Part shown: piece after piece, positions 11,502-23,494 of the stretch
How the letters are laid out: the number at the start of each line of letters is the position of its first letter
Numbering within the stretch: the first letter of the stretch is position 1
From: Nitrospirota bacterium
Lineage (GTDB): Bacteria; Nitrospirota; UBA9217
Assembly (NCBI GenBank): GCA_963818475.1
Contig: CAWFSF010000002.1
Coordinates: forward strand, 512,001-576,000
DNA length: 64,000 bases
Direction: 5' to 3'
The notes under the pieces: generated by a model
The model's input: only the letters and a program-made list of their open reading frames with translations
What the model was told of the DNA's origin: nothing
Databases searched by the model: none
Translations under genes and position numbers: made by a program

Positions 11502-11540
11502 GCGCCTGCCTCGTTTTACTACGAAGCGGGCGCTTTTTTT
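11502..11540 (+). terminator. Terminator of rpsB-tsf-pyrH-frr
   Basis: GCGCCTGC..GCGGGCGC stem followed by a long T-run. Confidence 0.75.
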
Positions 11541-11726
11541 GGAGCATTTTAAGCCCTGACGGCCCCGATCATGGTTCATGGCAGAGACCTTCTTCTGCAG
11601 ATCTCTCTGCAGAAATAACTTCGTCAGGCGTCGATCGGTCACGCGCGCTTTTGGACTTGCATGCTTTCATTAGCAAACAGGTATATGATTATTAGGAAAT
11701 TTTATGAACTGTTTCCGGGTTTTTTC

Positions 11727-11755
11727 TTGACAATAAACAGTGGTTCCTGTAAATT
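11727..11755 (+). promoter_or_regulatory. Sigma-70 promoter for atpBE
   Basis: TTGACA-N17-TAAATT. Confidence 0.7.
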
Positions 11756-11791
11756 TTTGCGAGCATAAGACTCGTATCGAAGGAGTGTGTC

Positions 11792-12923
<1,132 letters not shown>

Positions 12924-12952
12924 TTTTTCATCTTGAATGCATTAACGAACAC

Positions 12953-12983
12953 AAAAAGGGGCGGCTTATGCCGCCCCTTTTTT
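12953..12983. terminator. Bidirectional intrinsic terminator
   Basis: AAAAAGGGGCGGC-TTAT-GCCGCCCCTTTTT between convergent genes. Confidence 0.85.
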
Positions 12984-13016
12984 ATCAGTGAATCACCTGC
13001 TTCATTCTTCCAAACA

Positions 13017-13463
13017 CTAGGCCGCTTTTTTCTCCTTGCCCGCGTCGCCGAGCAGCCGGGTCTCGCCGCCTACCCGTGCATTGCCGAGCAACCTGGCGGT
13101 CCCGCCGACCTCTGCCCGATCGAACACTTCCGCCATGCCGCTCACGACCGCATCTCCATATACGCTGGCAAAACCGTAGACCTTCGAATCACCCTGTACT
13201 CTGGCATTCCCGAACACCTTGGCATTCCCGAAGATCTCAGCCCGCCCGGACACCTCAGCCCGGTCAAAGATCCAGGCATTCCCAAAAACAAAAGCCTCGC
13301 CACTGATCTTGCAGTGCCCGCAGATCTTGGCAAAGGGCCCGATGTAGGCAGTATCCGCTACCTGCGCGTGTTCGGCCACCATACCACCTCCGTTGGGGTG
13401 ATGATGGTATTTCACGCCATCGATCTCTACTACCGGTTCTGTTGACAGCACCTTGATCTCCAT
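13017..13463 (-). CDS. Hexapeptide-repeat (left-handed beta-helix) protein
   Basis: About 16 [G/D]xA[R/K/E]Vx-type repeats; GGAGG RBS. Confidence 0.8.
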   Translation of the reverse strand: MEIKVLSTEPVVEIDGVKYHHHPNGGGMVAEHAQVADTAYIGPFAKICGHCKISGEAFVFGNAWIFDRAEVSGRAEIFGNAKVFGNARVQGDSKVYGFASVYGDAVVSGMAEVFDRAEVGGTARLLGNARVGGETRLLGDAGKEKKAA

Positions 13464-13583
13464 GTGAACACCTCCATAAAAATTTTATAAAGAATCCCTT
13501 TACTCTATCGTGCAGGCATCTTCGCAGCCGCGATCTCGCTGGAACTTCGAAACCGAGGATATCAATTGATCATCTCTATTTAA

Positions 13584-13612
13584 AACATAGCTAAGCGATA
13601 AAGTTTTGTCAA
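13584..13612 (-). promoter_or_regulatory. Sigma-70 promoter for the beta-helix gene
   Basis: TTGACA-N17-TATGTT. Confidence 0.6.
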
Positions 13613-13839
13613 ATGAGCTATCAGGAGGAGACGAAATAGATCACGTGGGCATCTCTATAGGCACCAGACTTGGTGACGGTCGAAACCAATCTACTAACAA
13701 CAGCTTAGCAGATCCATGATCAGCCTGTTCCGGACCTGAGCAGGCTGAAGGAATTTGCTTTTGCATCCATCGGGAATTTGCTATAATGCACAACGGTTAC
13801 TCATACGTTATCTGTCATGCATAAGGAGCCTGAATAATC

Positions 13840-15252
13840 ATGAGCACAACGAGCAATGTCCGTGTCAGATTCGCCCCCAGCCCGACCGGGGCCCTGCATA
13901 TCGGCGGCGTACGGACCGCCCTGTTCAACTGGTTGTTCGCCCGCCATCATGGAGGGACCTTCATCCTCCGCATCGAGGACACGGACCAGACCCGCTCCAC
14001 CGACGAGTCCATCAAGATCATCCTCGACGGCATGAAATGGATCGGCCTTGACTGGGACGAGGGCCCCTTTCGCCAGACCGAACGGATGCAGATCTACCAG
14101 GAGCATGTCGACCAGCTGCTCAAGGCCGGCAAGGCCTATCGCTGCTACTGCACGCCCGAAGAGCTTGAGGCAAGAAGAAAAGAAGCAATGGCGGCGGGCA
14201 AGCCGCCGAAGTACGACCGGAAGTGCCGCTCGCTCACCGCTCCCGTACCGGGAAGGACCGCGGCAGTGCGCTTTCTGTCTTCCGATGAAGGTCAGACGAT
14301 CGTGCGGGACATGATCCGCGGCGCCGTGACCTTCGAGAACCAGCAGCTCGACGATCTGATCATCCAGCGCTCAGACGGTCTGCCGACCTACAACTTCGCG
14401 GTCGTGGTCGATGATGTCACCATGCAGATCAGCCACGTCATCCGCGGCGACGACCATTTGAACAATACGCCGCGCCAGATCCAGCTCTACCAGGCCTTCG
14501 GGTACGAGCCTCCGCAGTTCGCCCATCTGCCCATGATACTCGGTTCCGACAAGACCAAGCTTTCGAAGCGGCACGGCGCCACCGCGGTGACCGAATATAT
14601 CGACCTGGGCTATCTGCCCGAGGCGCTCGTCAACTATCTGTCGCGCCTCGGCTGGTCATCAGGCGACCAGGAGATCTTCACGCAGCAGGAGCTGATCGAG
14701 AAGTTCTCCCTCGACAGCGTGGGCAAGGCGCCTTCGGTCTTCAACCCGGAAAAGCTGCTCTGGCTGAACCACCACTATATCCAGCAGGCAGATACGGGAC
14801 GGCTGGCTACGCTCGTCCTGGACCTTCTGAAGAAGGACGGCGTATTGAAGGCGGAACCGGACACGGAGTGGTTCAACAAGCTCGTGAAGATACTGACGGA
14901 GCGGAGCCATACGCTCGTGGAAATGAAGACCGGCGCCGTTCCTTTTCTCGTCGACGAGATCACGATGGACGAGAAAGCAAAAACCAAACACCTGACGCCG
15001 GACGTGGCCCCGCTCCTCTCCGAGCTTGCAGGCCGTCTCAAGGCTGCAGATCCCTTTACGCACGATGAGATCGAGAAGGTCTTTACTGCCCTCGTCACCG
15101 AGAAAGCCATAAAGCTCGGAAAACTCGCCCAGCCGGTGCGCGTGGCGCTGACCGGCGGCACGGTCAGCCCCGGTATCTACGAGGTGATCGAGGTCATGGG
15201 GAAGGACAAGACCATCAAGCGGATCGAAGCCGCTCTCGGCATGGCAAAATAG
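13840..15252 (+). CDS. gltX: Glutamate--tRNA ligase
   Basis: RFAPSPTG, HIGG, LRIEDTD, IRGDDHLNNT and KLSKR motifs. Confidence 0.97.
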   Translation: MSTTSNVRVRFAPSPTGALHIGGVRTALFNWLFARHHGGTFILRIEDTDQTRSTDESIKIILDGMKWIGLDWDEGPFRQTERMQIYQEHVDQLLKAGKAYRCYCTPEELEARRKEAMAAGKPPKYDRKCRSLTAPVPGRTAAVRFLSSDEGQTIVRDMIRGAVTFENQQLDDLIIQRSDGLPTYNFAVVVDDVTMQISHVIRGDDHLNNTPRQIQLYQAFGYEPPQFAHLPMILGSDKTKLSKRHGATAVTEYIDLGYLPEALVNYLSRLGWSSGDQEIFTQQELIEKFSLDSVGKAPSVFNPEKLLWLNHHYIQQADTGRLATLVLDLLKKDGVLKAEPDTEWFNKLVKILTERSHTLVEMKTGAVPFLVDEITMDEKAKTKHLTPDVAPLLSELAGRLKAADPFTHDEIEKVFTALVTEKAIKLGKLAQPVRVALTGGTVSPGIYEVIEVMGKDKTIKRIEAALGMAK

Positions 15253-15402
15253 CCGGCTTGGCCCAAACGTCAGTAATCGCGTTTTGACCACTTATTACTG
15301 TAGAAAACTCCGGCGATATCCGCCATTCTCCTCCCGGAAAACATCCTCGGAAGGGCTCTACCGGATCATCGCTGACAAGCCTCAGCCACAGCAAAGGGAC
15401 CG

Positions 15403-16423
15403 ATGGAACGAAAACCTCTCATAGCCATTACCATGGGCGATCCTGCTGGTGTCGGTCCTGAGATCATCGCCAAAGTGATAGACAGCGGTGAGCTGCTGCC
15501 GCTCTGCAGGCCCATCGTGATCGGTGATGCCGGGGTGATGAGAAAACTCATCGAAGAGCAGCGGCTTTCGATCGCGGTCCGCAGCGTATCCGCCCATCAC
15601 GGAGGCCGACCCTGCTCCGGGCAGGCTCGATGTGCTGGACCTGCAGAACGTGAACCTTGCGACCCATGCCTGGGGGAGGCCGGACGCGTCATCAGGCACA
15701 GCGGTGGTCGAGTATATCAAAAGGGCTGTCGACCTGGCCCTGAAGGACGACGTTGATGCCATCGTGACCGCGCCGATCAGCAAGGAAATGATGAATGCGG
15801 CCGGGCATCATTACGCAGGACATACCGAACTGCTGGCCGAGCTCACGAACACCAGGGACTACGGAATGTTTTTCGTGGGCGGCGGGCTGCGGGTGATCCT
15901 GACGACGATCCACGTGGCGCTCAAGGACGTTCCCCGCCACATCACGCAAGCCACGGTTCTGAAAACCCTGCGGCTGGCGCACCAGGCCATGCGGTCCTTC
16001 GGCATGGACAACCCCCGCATCGGGGTGGCAGCGCTGAACCCGCACGCGGGCGAGGGGCGGCTTTTCGGCTCCGAGGAATGGGACGAGATCCTGCCCGCGG
16101 TGCTCAAGGCGCGGGGAGAGGGCATCGACGCAAGCGACCCCTTGCCCGCCGACACCTTGTTCTACAAAGCGCGCAACAATTACTACGACATCGTTGTCGC
16201 CATGTACCATGACCAGGGGCTTGCCCCGCTCAAGATGCTCGCCTTCGGAAATGCCGTCAATGTCACCGTGGGGCTCCCGATCATCCGCACCTCCGTGGAC
16301 CACGGGACCGCCTACGATATCGCCGGCAAGGGCTGCGCCGATCCGACAAGCCTGCTCGAGGCCGTCAAGCTCGCGGTCATCATGTGCGCTCACCGGAAGC
16401 GCGTTCAAAAGGAGGCACCATGA
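15403..16423 (+). CDS. pdxA: 4-hydroxythreonine-4-phosphate dehydrogenase; frame break near 15595
   Basis: ITMGDPAGVGPEI, GHTELLA, LNPHAGE, MYHDQG and RTSVDHGTAYDIAG motifs. Confidence 0.93.
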
Positions 16424-17499
16424 GCCCTCATTCCCGTCCGCTCCTGACACGATCTGCCCTGTTCGCCGTGGTGTTCTTCGGACTCCTTCTTTTTTTCTTA
16501 TACCAGATGGGCCGCATTCTCATGGTGTTCATTTCACCGCTGCTCTGGGCTGTCATCCTGACCCTGACGCTCTATCCGCTGCAGAAAAGGATCCTTGCCC
16601 GGCTCAAGCACCGGCGGGGGCTGGCGGCCGGAATTATGACACTGATAACGCTGCTGCTGGTCATTGGGCCTGCCGTTTCCTTGCTGTGCGTCCTTGCTAC
16701 CCAGGCAGGCGACCTGTACAACGTCATGTCAGCCTTTATTCAGTCGGGCAAACTCACCGAGGCCTGGGAGAAGATAAACAGTTCGTTCCTTGACACGGTC
16801 CTGCGGTCGCCGGTCCTGTCCGAGGTCGACGTAAAAGGCATGGTGGCAAAGGGGATCAGCGATTTTTCTTCAGACCTGGCCGCACAGCTCGGCGGCGTGC
16901 TCAAAAATTCCGTGATCTTCACCATCGACATCGTCATCATGCTGATCGCGCTCTTCTTTTTCTTTCGGGACGGAAGGGGCTATTTTCAGGCCTTCATCGA
17001 CCTGCTCCCTTTCACGATAGAACAGAAGGAAGAGATCACCAAAAAATTCATCGACACCTTCGGCGCCGTGATCAATGGTGTTTTTCTCGTCGCCCTGCTC
17101 CAGGGAGCCATGACCGGCATCGGCTTTGCGGTGTTCGGCCTCCCCCTTGCTGTCTTCTGGGGGTTCCTGGCAGCGCTCCTGTCACTGCTCCCCGTCGGCG
17201 GCGCAGCGCTCATCTGGCTTCCCGGCGCTGCTTACCTGTACCTGACCGGATCGGTGCTTTCAGGCATCCTGCTGGGCGCGTGGGGTTTGCTGCTGGTCAG
17301 TTTGCTGGATAATTTTCTGAGACCGCTCTTGATCGGCAGAAAAGCCGATATCCCGACCTTTATCCTGTTCATCGCCCTGCTGGGCGGTCTGCAGGTCTAT
17401 GGGTTCCTGGGACTGCTTTTTGGTCCGCTGGTGGTCACCCTGCTGACCGCCTTGGTGCAGATCTACCGTGAGGAATATGCAGGCAAACCGGCAGAGTAA
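16420..17499 (+). CDS. AI-2E family transporter
   Basis: Multi-pass membrane protein; DNFLRPLLIG and GFLGLLFGP motifs. Confidence 0.88.
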   Translation: MSPHSRPLLTRSALFAVVFFGLLLFFLYQMGRILMVFISPLLWAVILTLTLYPLQKRILARLKHRRGLAAGIMTLITLLLVIGPAVSLLCVLATQAGDLYNVMSAFIQSGKLTEAWEKINSSFLDTVLRSPVLSEVDVKGMVAKGISDFSSDLAAQLGGVLKNSVIFTIDIVIMLIALFFFFRDGRGYFQAFIDLLPFTIEQKEEITKKFIDTFGAVINGVFLVALLQGAMTGIGFAVFGLPLAVFWGFLAALLSLLPVGGAALIWLPGAAYLYLTGSVLSGILLGAWGLLLVSLLDNFLRPLLIGRKADIPTFILFIALLGGLQVYGFLGLLFGPLVVTLLTALVQIYREEYAGKPAE

Positions 17500-17628
17500 T
17501 CCTGCCGCTGCTTTTTCACAGATGTCCATCTCAAGCCGTGTCTGCACAACAATGGATCATGCGGCGCCATCAGCGCATGACCGTGATTTTCAATACTGAA
17601 CGTGCGTTAACAGGAGAGAGAATATTTT

Positions 17629-18312
17629 ATGGAAGATCTGGCAAAATCTGATACCTGGCGTGTATTCCGCATCATGGCAGAGCTCGTGGAAGGGTTTGAA
17701 GCACTGAACAATATCGGCCCTGCCGTGACCATCTTCGGAAGCGCCCGCCTCCAGCCGGGTTCGCCCTACTATAACAAGTGCCTGAAGGTGTCCGAGAACC
17801 TGGCAAAGGAAGGGTTTGCCGTGATCTCGGGCGGCGGGCCGGGCATCATGGAAGCTGCGAACAAGGGGGCCCAGAACGCGAACGGAACTTCGGTGGGGCT
17901 GAACATCGAACTTCCCATGGAACAGTCGCCTAATAGTTTTCAGGACATCAAGGTCGAGTTCCGCTACTTCTTCGTGCGCAAGCTCATGTTCGTGAAGTAT
18001 GCCGTCGGTTATGTCATTTTCCCGGGCGGCTTCGGCACCATGGACGAGCTTTTCGAAGCGCTTACGCTGATCCAGACGAAAAAGATACGGGGATTCCCGG
18101 TGGTGCTCGTGGGCAAGGAATACTGGCAGGGCATGGTCGACTGGCTCAGGACCTCCGTGCTCGATGCGGGTGCCATCAGCCCCGAGGACATCGATCTCCT
18201 GCATATTGTGGACGAACCCGAAGAAGTGTGCGCTATCATCAGCAAGCGGTACAAGGACCGCATCTCCGGCGGCCACCTGGACCGCAGGAACAAGGGGAAG
18301 CGCGGCGTCTAG
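17629..18312 (+). CDS. LOG family (TIGR00730-type) nucleotide phosphoribohydrolase
   Basis: FGSAR, SGGGPGIMEAANKGA and PGGFGTMDELFE motifs. Confidence 0.92.
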   Translation: MEDLAKSDTWRVFRIMAELVEGFEALNNIGPAVTIFGSARLQPGSPYYNKCLKVSENLAKEGFAVISGGGPGIMEAANKGAQNANGTSVGLNIELPMEQSPNSFQDIKVEFRYFFVRKLMFVKYAVGYVIFPGGFGTMDELFEALTLIQTKKIRGFPVVLVGKEYWQGMVDWLRTSVLDAGAISPEDIDLLHIVDEPEEVCAIISKRYKDRISGGHLDRRNKGKRGV

Positions 18313-19046
18313 CGGAGCGGGCTTTTTTTCCGTCTTGCCCGTTCCGACCGGGCTTTCAGATGCTGGGTCAGGCGCATGCTCCGGAACCAGCGTTCAATGT
18401 TCTCCCGGTAGATCATCGTGAACAGGATCAGCGCGATGCTGATGCCGACCAGGGAAAAGAACGCTGCATAGCGCTGGTCCCGGAATAAGGTGCCGCCCAT
18501 GGTAAGAAGCAGGGTGCCGAGCAGACGGCCGGTGGTCGAGACGAGCAGAAAATCCCGCTGCCGCATATGCCCGAGACCGAGGAGATAGCAGAGCAGGTCC
18601 TTGGGGAACCCGGGGATCAGGAACATCAGGAAGGCCAGGAACATGCCTTTGTGCTTCATGACGTAGTCGTAGCGCTTGATCGTTTCCGGGTTCACGAATG
18701 TCTCGACCAGGGGGCGTCCGGCGAACCGCGCAAGAACGAAGGCAAGCCACGACCCGAGCGTAAGGCCGATGGTGGAGTACAGCACGCCCAAAAAGGGCCC
18801 GAAGAACAGGCCGCCCACGAATCCCGTCACCTCGCCGGGCACCGGCGCCGCAACCACCTGCAGCACCTGAAGCCCGATAAAGATGAAAGCCGCATTGGCC
18901 GGGTGCTCTTTGATCACCGCCAGCAGACGCTGTTTGTCCGTAAGATACTGCACCATCCCGAGCGGGAACAACAGGTACAGCACGACGGCGATGACCACAC
19001 CAAAGACCACAAGCCCGGCGATCGTTCTTTTTTTGAGGTTCATCAT
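18309..19046 (-). CDS. TVP38/TMEM64 (VTT/DedA-like) membrane protein
   Basis: LQVVAAPVPGE and FLIPGFPKDLLCY motifs. Confidence 0.88.
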   Translation of the reverse strand: MMNLKKRTIAGLVVFGVVIAVVLYLLFPLGMVQYLTDKQRLLAVIKEHPANAAFIFIGLQVLQVVAAPVPGEVTGFVGGLFFGPFLGVLYSTIGLTLGSWLAFVLARFAGRPLVETFVNPETIKRYDYVMKHKGMFLAFLMFLIPGFPKDLLCYLLGLGHMRQRDFLLVSTTGRLLGTLLLTMGGTLFRDQRYAAFFSLVGISIALILFTMIYRENIERWFRSMRLTQHLKARSERARRKKSPLR

Positions 19047-19066
19047 GCAGGAAAGACCCCTCCGGT

Positions 19067-19355
19067 CTATTTTTTAAAAAGCTCGTCCAGCGCCTGTTCG
19101 CGCCCGGTCCGCATCAACCGCCGCCCCTGCTGTTCCGCTCGTTTCAGCGAACACGAAATAGTCGCAGAAGTTGGCCCGCGCCTTGTCCTTCACCAGCTCG
19201 GCCATGGGTTCACGGCACTGTTTTGACGCTGCCCGGTCATGGAACGAGCAGTTCAAACAGCAGGTGAGGTCCGCGCGGCAATGCGGGCAGACGTCGCGCC
19301 GGCCTATGGTCCGGCCTTGCACCAGTTCTTTTTTGCATGCATGACAGATCTTCAT
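19067..19355 (-). CDS. Small Cys-rich (zinc-ribbon-like) protein; C-terminal frame break
   Basis: CHAC, CPHC, CLNC and ANFCDYF; the alternative frame ends QALDELFKK-stop at 19067. Confidence 0.75.
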
Positions 19356-19481
19356 GGCCCCACACTATAGCGCATCAGCATTCGTTAGACAAGATGAAAC
19401 GGCAACGCCCGTGGTTATGACCGGAGCGAAATCAGGAACGCGCCGGCACGTGCCGCCGCCTTACGCTAACGCGGACCGGCC

Positions 19482-20417
19482 TCACGGCCACCAGATATAC
19501 ATGAACTGCACTCCCGGGTCCAGCATCCTTCCCAGGTCGAGCGAGAACCGTGAATAGATATTGTCCTTGTATTCGCCGGGCCGGGAATAGGTGACCACGC
19601 GGGCCTTCGTGAGATTCGCCTGCTTCTTTGCCGCCTCGATCGCATCTTCAAGATACCCTACCTCATCGATGAGTCCTTCTTTTTTCGCTTCAGCGCTCGT
19701 GAAGATCCTGCCGTCGGCAAGCTGCAGCACCCGTTCGCGCGGCAGCTTCCGCTCCTCGACGATCAAACCGACGAAGCGTTCATAGATGGAGTCCACGACA
19801 TTTTTAAAGATCTTCATCTCCTCGGCCGTTACCTGACGGAACGGCGAACCCATGCCCTTGCGCTCCCCTGATGCGATCTCCACAGCCTGGATGCCGACCT
19901 TCTGCATGAGTCCTGTTGCATCGATGCGCCACATGACGACCCCGATGCTGCCGGTCACACTGGTGGGCTGGGCCGTTATCCGGTCCGCTGCCAGCGCCGC
20001 ATAATAAGCTCCTGATGCGCCGGCATCCATGAAGTGGGCTACTACGGCGATGCCCGTTTCCTGCCTGAACTTCCTGATCTCGTGGTAAAGCACGTCAGAG
20101 GCGGTAACTCCGCCGCCGGGGCTGTTGATCCTGAGCACCACCGCCTTGATCAGCTTGTCGCGCCGCGCCCTGTCCAGCTCCTCCCGAAGAAGCGGCACCA
20201 TGCCGATCTCCGAAGTTCCTGTAAGACTTGACGAGCTCCGTTCGCTCGTGATCATGCCTGACAGATCGAGCACCAGCACCTTGTCCCTGCCTTCGCCTGC
20301 CAGAACCTGCTCCTCAAGCGGCTGGATCTCCGGCGTAAGGCTCACCTTAAGAAACGTACATCCTGACAGCGCACCGGCAACTCCCAGTGCTGCCAGCAGC
20401 ATCAGTGCCCTTTTCAT
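19482..20417 (-). CDS. sppA: Signal peptide peptidase SppA, short lipoprotein form
   Basis: Lipobox LSGC; LRINSPGG, ASGAYY, TGSIGV and ADGRIFT motifs. Confidence 0.92.
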   Translation of the reverse strand: MKRALMLLAALGVAGALSGCTFLKVSLTPEIQPLEEQVLAGEGRDKVLVLDLSGMITSERSSSSLTGTSEIGMVPLLREELDRARRDKLIKAVVLRINSPGGGVTASDVLYHEIRKFRQETGIAVVAHFMDAGASGAYYAALAADRITAQPTSVTGSIGVVMWRIDATGLMQKVGIQAVEIASGERKGMGSPFRQVTAEEMKIFKNVVDSIYERFVGLIVEERKLPRERVLQLADGRIFTSAEAKKEGLIDEVGYLEDAIEAAKKQANLTKARVVTYSRPGEYKDNIYSRFSLDLGRMLDPGVQFMYIWWP

Positions 20418-20832
20418 CGCTTTCTCCCTTGTTGTGCGTTCGGAGGGCGGGTTCAAACCCGCCCCTGCACCGCGTTACTACTCCTACTGGATTATTACCG
20501 AATAACCAAACGCTGTCAATCAAAGGCGGGCTTGGTCATTTTTTCTACAGCCCATCGGGTTCCTCTCCTCATGCCTCCCAGTGTGGAAAACTGCAATTTA
20601 CCGATTGATTTTGCCCTTCCAAGCACTCCCGATTCCTTGAAAACACTTCTTGACTCTCCCGTGCCTTTCAGATAAAATTCAGCATACATAATTAAAATTT
20701 GACGCGTAATATCAGCGGGTTACGAAATTCGCACCACTAGAGAAACCGCCTTGGCCTGTTTTGTTGCACAGGTTCATTCTTTAGTAATAGACGCCTACGC
20801 AGATGTACGGTTTACGGATCAAGGAGAAAAAT

Positions 20833-21848
20833 ATGTCAGCTGTTACTCAAACCAGGGTATTTGTCGCGATTCTGATCCTCGCGTGCATTCTCCCGGGTGT
20901 TGCTTCGGCGGCACCCAAGAAGTCATCCGGCGCTTCTGCAGAAATGCTCGAGCAGTATGTGGCAGACCTTCAGAAAAATCCTGGCGACAAGGCCCTGCGC
21001 GAAAAGATCATTAGGCTTGCACTGAGCATGAAACCGGCGCCTGCGGTTCCTGAAGACGCTGAGCGCAATATGGCACGCGGAGTCGTTTTCTTTACCAAGG
21101 CAACGGACAGCACAGGTTATCGTAAAGCCATCGCCGAATTCGAGGCTGCAACCAATGCCGCGCCCTGGCTCGACAAAGCATATTATAATCTCGGCGTGGC
21201 ACAGGAAAAAGAAGGGATGTACAAAGAGGCGATCAAGAACCTCAAGCTTTATCTGCTGGCAGATCCCAACGCCAGGAACGCCCGTGAAGTAAGAAACCAG
21301 ATCTATATGCTTGAGGCGAATGTTGAGGAAGCGCAGGCTGCGCCAGGCACTACGGCAGTTCCAGGAGCAGCAGCCGCTCCCCCGGCAGCTGCTCCTGGTG
21401 TAGCGGTTGCCAAACCGACGCCGCTGCTGGGCACCAAGTCGGAGCTTGACATCGAGAAGGATCTCCCGCTGAAGGTGGTCAAGCTGCCCCCCCGGACAAG
21501 AAGTCCAGGATACCGAGCTTTGTCGGCAGCTGGTCCTTTAAGGAGCTCCGAGGCACTGAAGAAACGGTCGTTCAGGGTTTCGAGATCGTGAACAACAACG
21601 GGGAGCTGAGCGTCCTTCCGCCGAACCGGGGCGAGAACAACGTCGGTACGGTGCGGGAATTTGAGATCACGGAAAAGACCCTCAAAGTGCAGATCAAATG
21701 GAAGATGAAGAACGTGCCGGCCTACTGGAAGATCGAGACCTACGATCTGACCATGTCAGAGAACGGAAAAACGCTGAGCGGCTCCTATAACCAGCAGAGC
21801 GTCGGCGGCAGGAACAAGTACCTGGACAAGGAGCTTTTCCGCCAGTAA
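20833..21848 (+). CDS. Secreted TPR-containing protein with a C-terminal beta domain; frame break near 21490
   Basis: Signal peptide; TPR-like AYYNLGVAQEKEGMYKEAI; Ala/Pro linker; break at a poly-C run. Confidence 0.7.
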
Positions 21849-22050
21849 GATGAGGTAATAATAGTCCTGTCTTGCAAGAGGGATGTACGCTATAAGCGTG
21901 CGTCCCTTTTTTCATGCCCTTGAACCATCCTTTCAGTCCCCGGAAAAGCCATACCCGGTCCATATGATGCACATCATAGCCCTGACCGCGGGTTTCACTT
22001 ATAGTACCCCTGCTTTGTCGATCACCTTATTTTAAGAGGAGGAGTGGAAC

Positions 22051-23286
22051 ATGCGGTATTTTATGATGGTATGCAGCATCAGCTTCACGCTGCTCTTCAC
22101 GGCTGCGGCTTTTGGCGCTGCCCCGAAGAGCGAATGTATCGAGTGTCACAAAAAGGTGACGCCCGGCGTAGTGCAGCAGCACCTTGAGGGGAAGATGGGC
22201 AAGAAGGGCATTGACTGCTCTGCCTGCCACGGTTCGGAGCACAGGAATATGGACGATGCCAGGCTTGCGAAAATGCCGACGCCCGAGACCTGCGCCAAAT
22301 GCCATGGCACGCAGACCAGCCAGTTCAAGGCGGGCAAGCATAACCTGGCATGGGTGGCGTCAAGCTCAATGCCGATGATGGGGCATCAGCCGAAGGCCGT
22401 TGCCGGCGACGGCTACAAGGGGTGCTCGAGCTGCCACAAGATCGGCGCCAAGTCGGACGCGGAAAAGGCCCAGATGCGCTACGGACACGCCCAGTGCGAC
22501 TCGTGCCATACGCGCCACTCATTCAAGAAATCCGAGGCCCGGGACCCGCGTGCCTGCCAGACCTGTCACATGGGATTCGACCATCCCCAGTGGGAAATGT
22601 ATTCGACGTCCAAGCACGGCACGATCTGGCAGATCGAGGGCAATGACAGCAAACGGGCGCCCACGTGCCAGACCTGCCACATGAGCAACGGCGACCATAA
22701 TGTCATGACCTCCTGGGGCTTTTTGGCGGTGCGCCTGCCTGAAGACGACAAGGAATGGATGAACGACCGGGTGACGATCCTGCAGGCCCTCGGCGTGCTC
22801 GACGATAAGGGCGCGCCCACGGCGCGGCTCGATCTGGTAAAGGCCGGTAAGGTCGCCCGGCTCACCAAGGAAGAGTTCCAGAAGGAGCGCGACAAGATGA
22901 CCGCCATCTGCGCGAAGTGCCATGGCGCGTCCTATGCCAAGGGCCAGCTTGATGCAGCGGACCTGGTGATCAAGGATGTCGATAAGATCATGGCGGAGGC
23001 CATCCGTGAAGTGCAGGGCCTGTACCGGGACGGAGTGCTCGTGAAGCCCGCGAGCTGGACCTTTGCGCCCGATCTTCTCCAGTTCTACGAGGCGAAGAGC
23101 GCCGTGGAGCAGGACCTCTATGTCATGTTCCTGGAGTACCGGATGCGCGCCTTCGAAGGGGCCTTCCACATGAACCCGGACTACATGCACTGGTATGGCT
23201 GGGCGCCGATGAAGGAGACGCTTCAGAAGATCAAGGACGAGTCTGCAAAGCTGCGCGCCGAAAAGACCTTGTCCCGCGCCAAGTAA
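22051..23286 (+). CDS. Octaheme cytochrome c, hydroxylamine oxidoreductase (HAO) family
   Basis: Sec signal; 8 CxxCH motifs; HTRHSF, CHMGFDHPQWE..SKHG and FHMNPDY motifs. Confidence 0.88.
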   Translation: MRYFMMVCSISFTLLFTAAAFGAAPKSECIECHKKVTPGVVQQHLEGKMGKKGIDCSACHGSEHRNMDDARLAKMPTPETCAKCHGTQTSQFKAGKHNLAWVASSSMPMMGHQPKAVAGDGYKGCSSCHKIGAKSDAEKAQMRYGHAQCDSCHTRHSFKKSEARDPRACQTCHMGFDHPQWEMYSTSKHGTIWQIEGNDSKRAPTCQTCHMSNGDHNVMTSWGFLAVRLPEDDKEWMNDRVTILQALGVLDDKGAPTARLDLVKAGKVARLTKEEFQKERDKMTAICAKCHGASYAKGQLDAADLVIKDVDKIMAEAIREVQGLYRDGVLVKPASWTFAPDLLQFYEAKSAVEQDLYVMFLEYRMRAFEGAFHMNPDYMHWYGWAPMKETLQKIKDESAKLRAEKTLSRAK

Positions 23287-23313
23287 GCATCGCATCATAA
23301 AGCAACCTGCACC

Positions 23314-23347
23314 AAAGGGGAGGAACGGACCGTTCCTCCCCTTTTTT
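23314..23347 (+). terminator. Intrinsic terminator
   Basis: AAAGGGGAGGAACG/CGTTCCTCCCCTTT stem followed by a T-run. Confidence 0.85.
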
Positions 23348-23494
23348 CATTCCATCGCTGTATGGACATTCACAGCCAAACCTGATATGATTTTATATCG
23401 TTGACGCTTAAGAGTATTGTTCATCCTGTCAGCAACGGTCCTGCTGACCGTTATATTCGTTCCCTGCACCGGAGACCGGAGTACGGAGGCGGCT

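Noticed and set aside
15253-15402. tRNA next to gltX
   Set aside because: No cloverleaf or TTCGA T-loop arrangement is seen.
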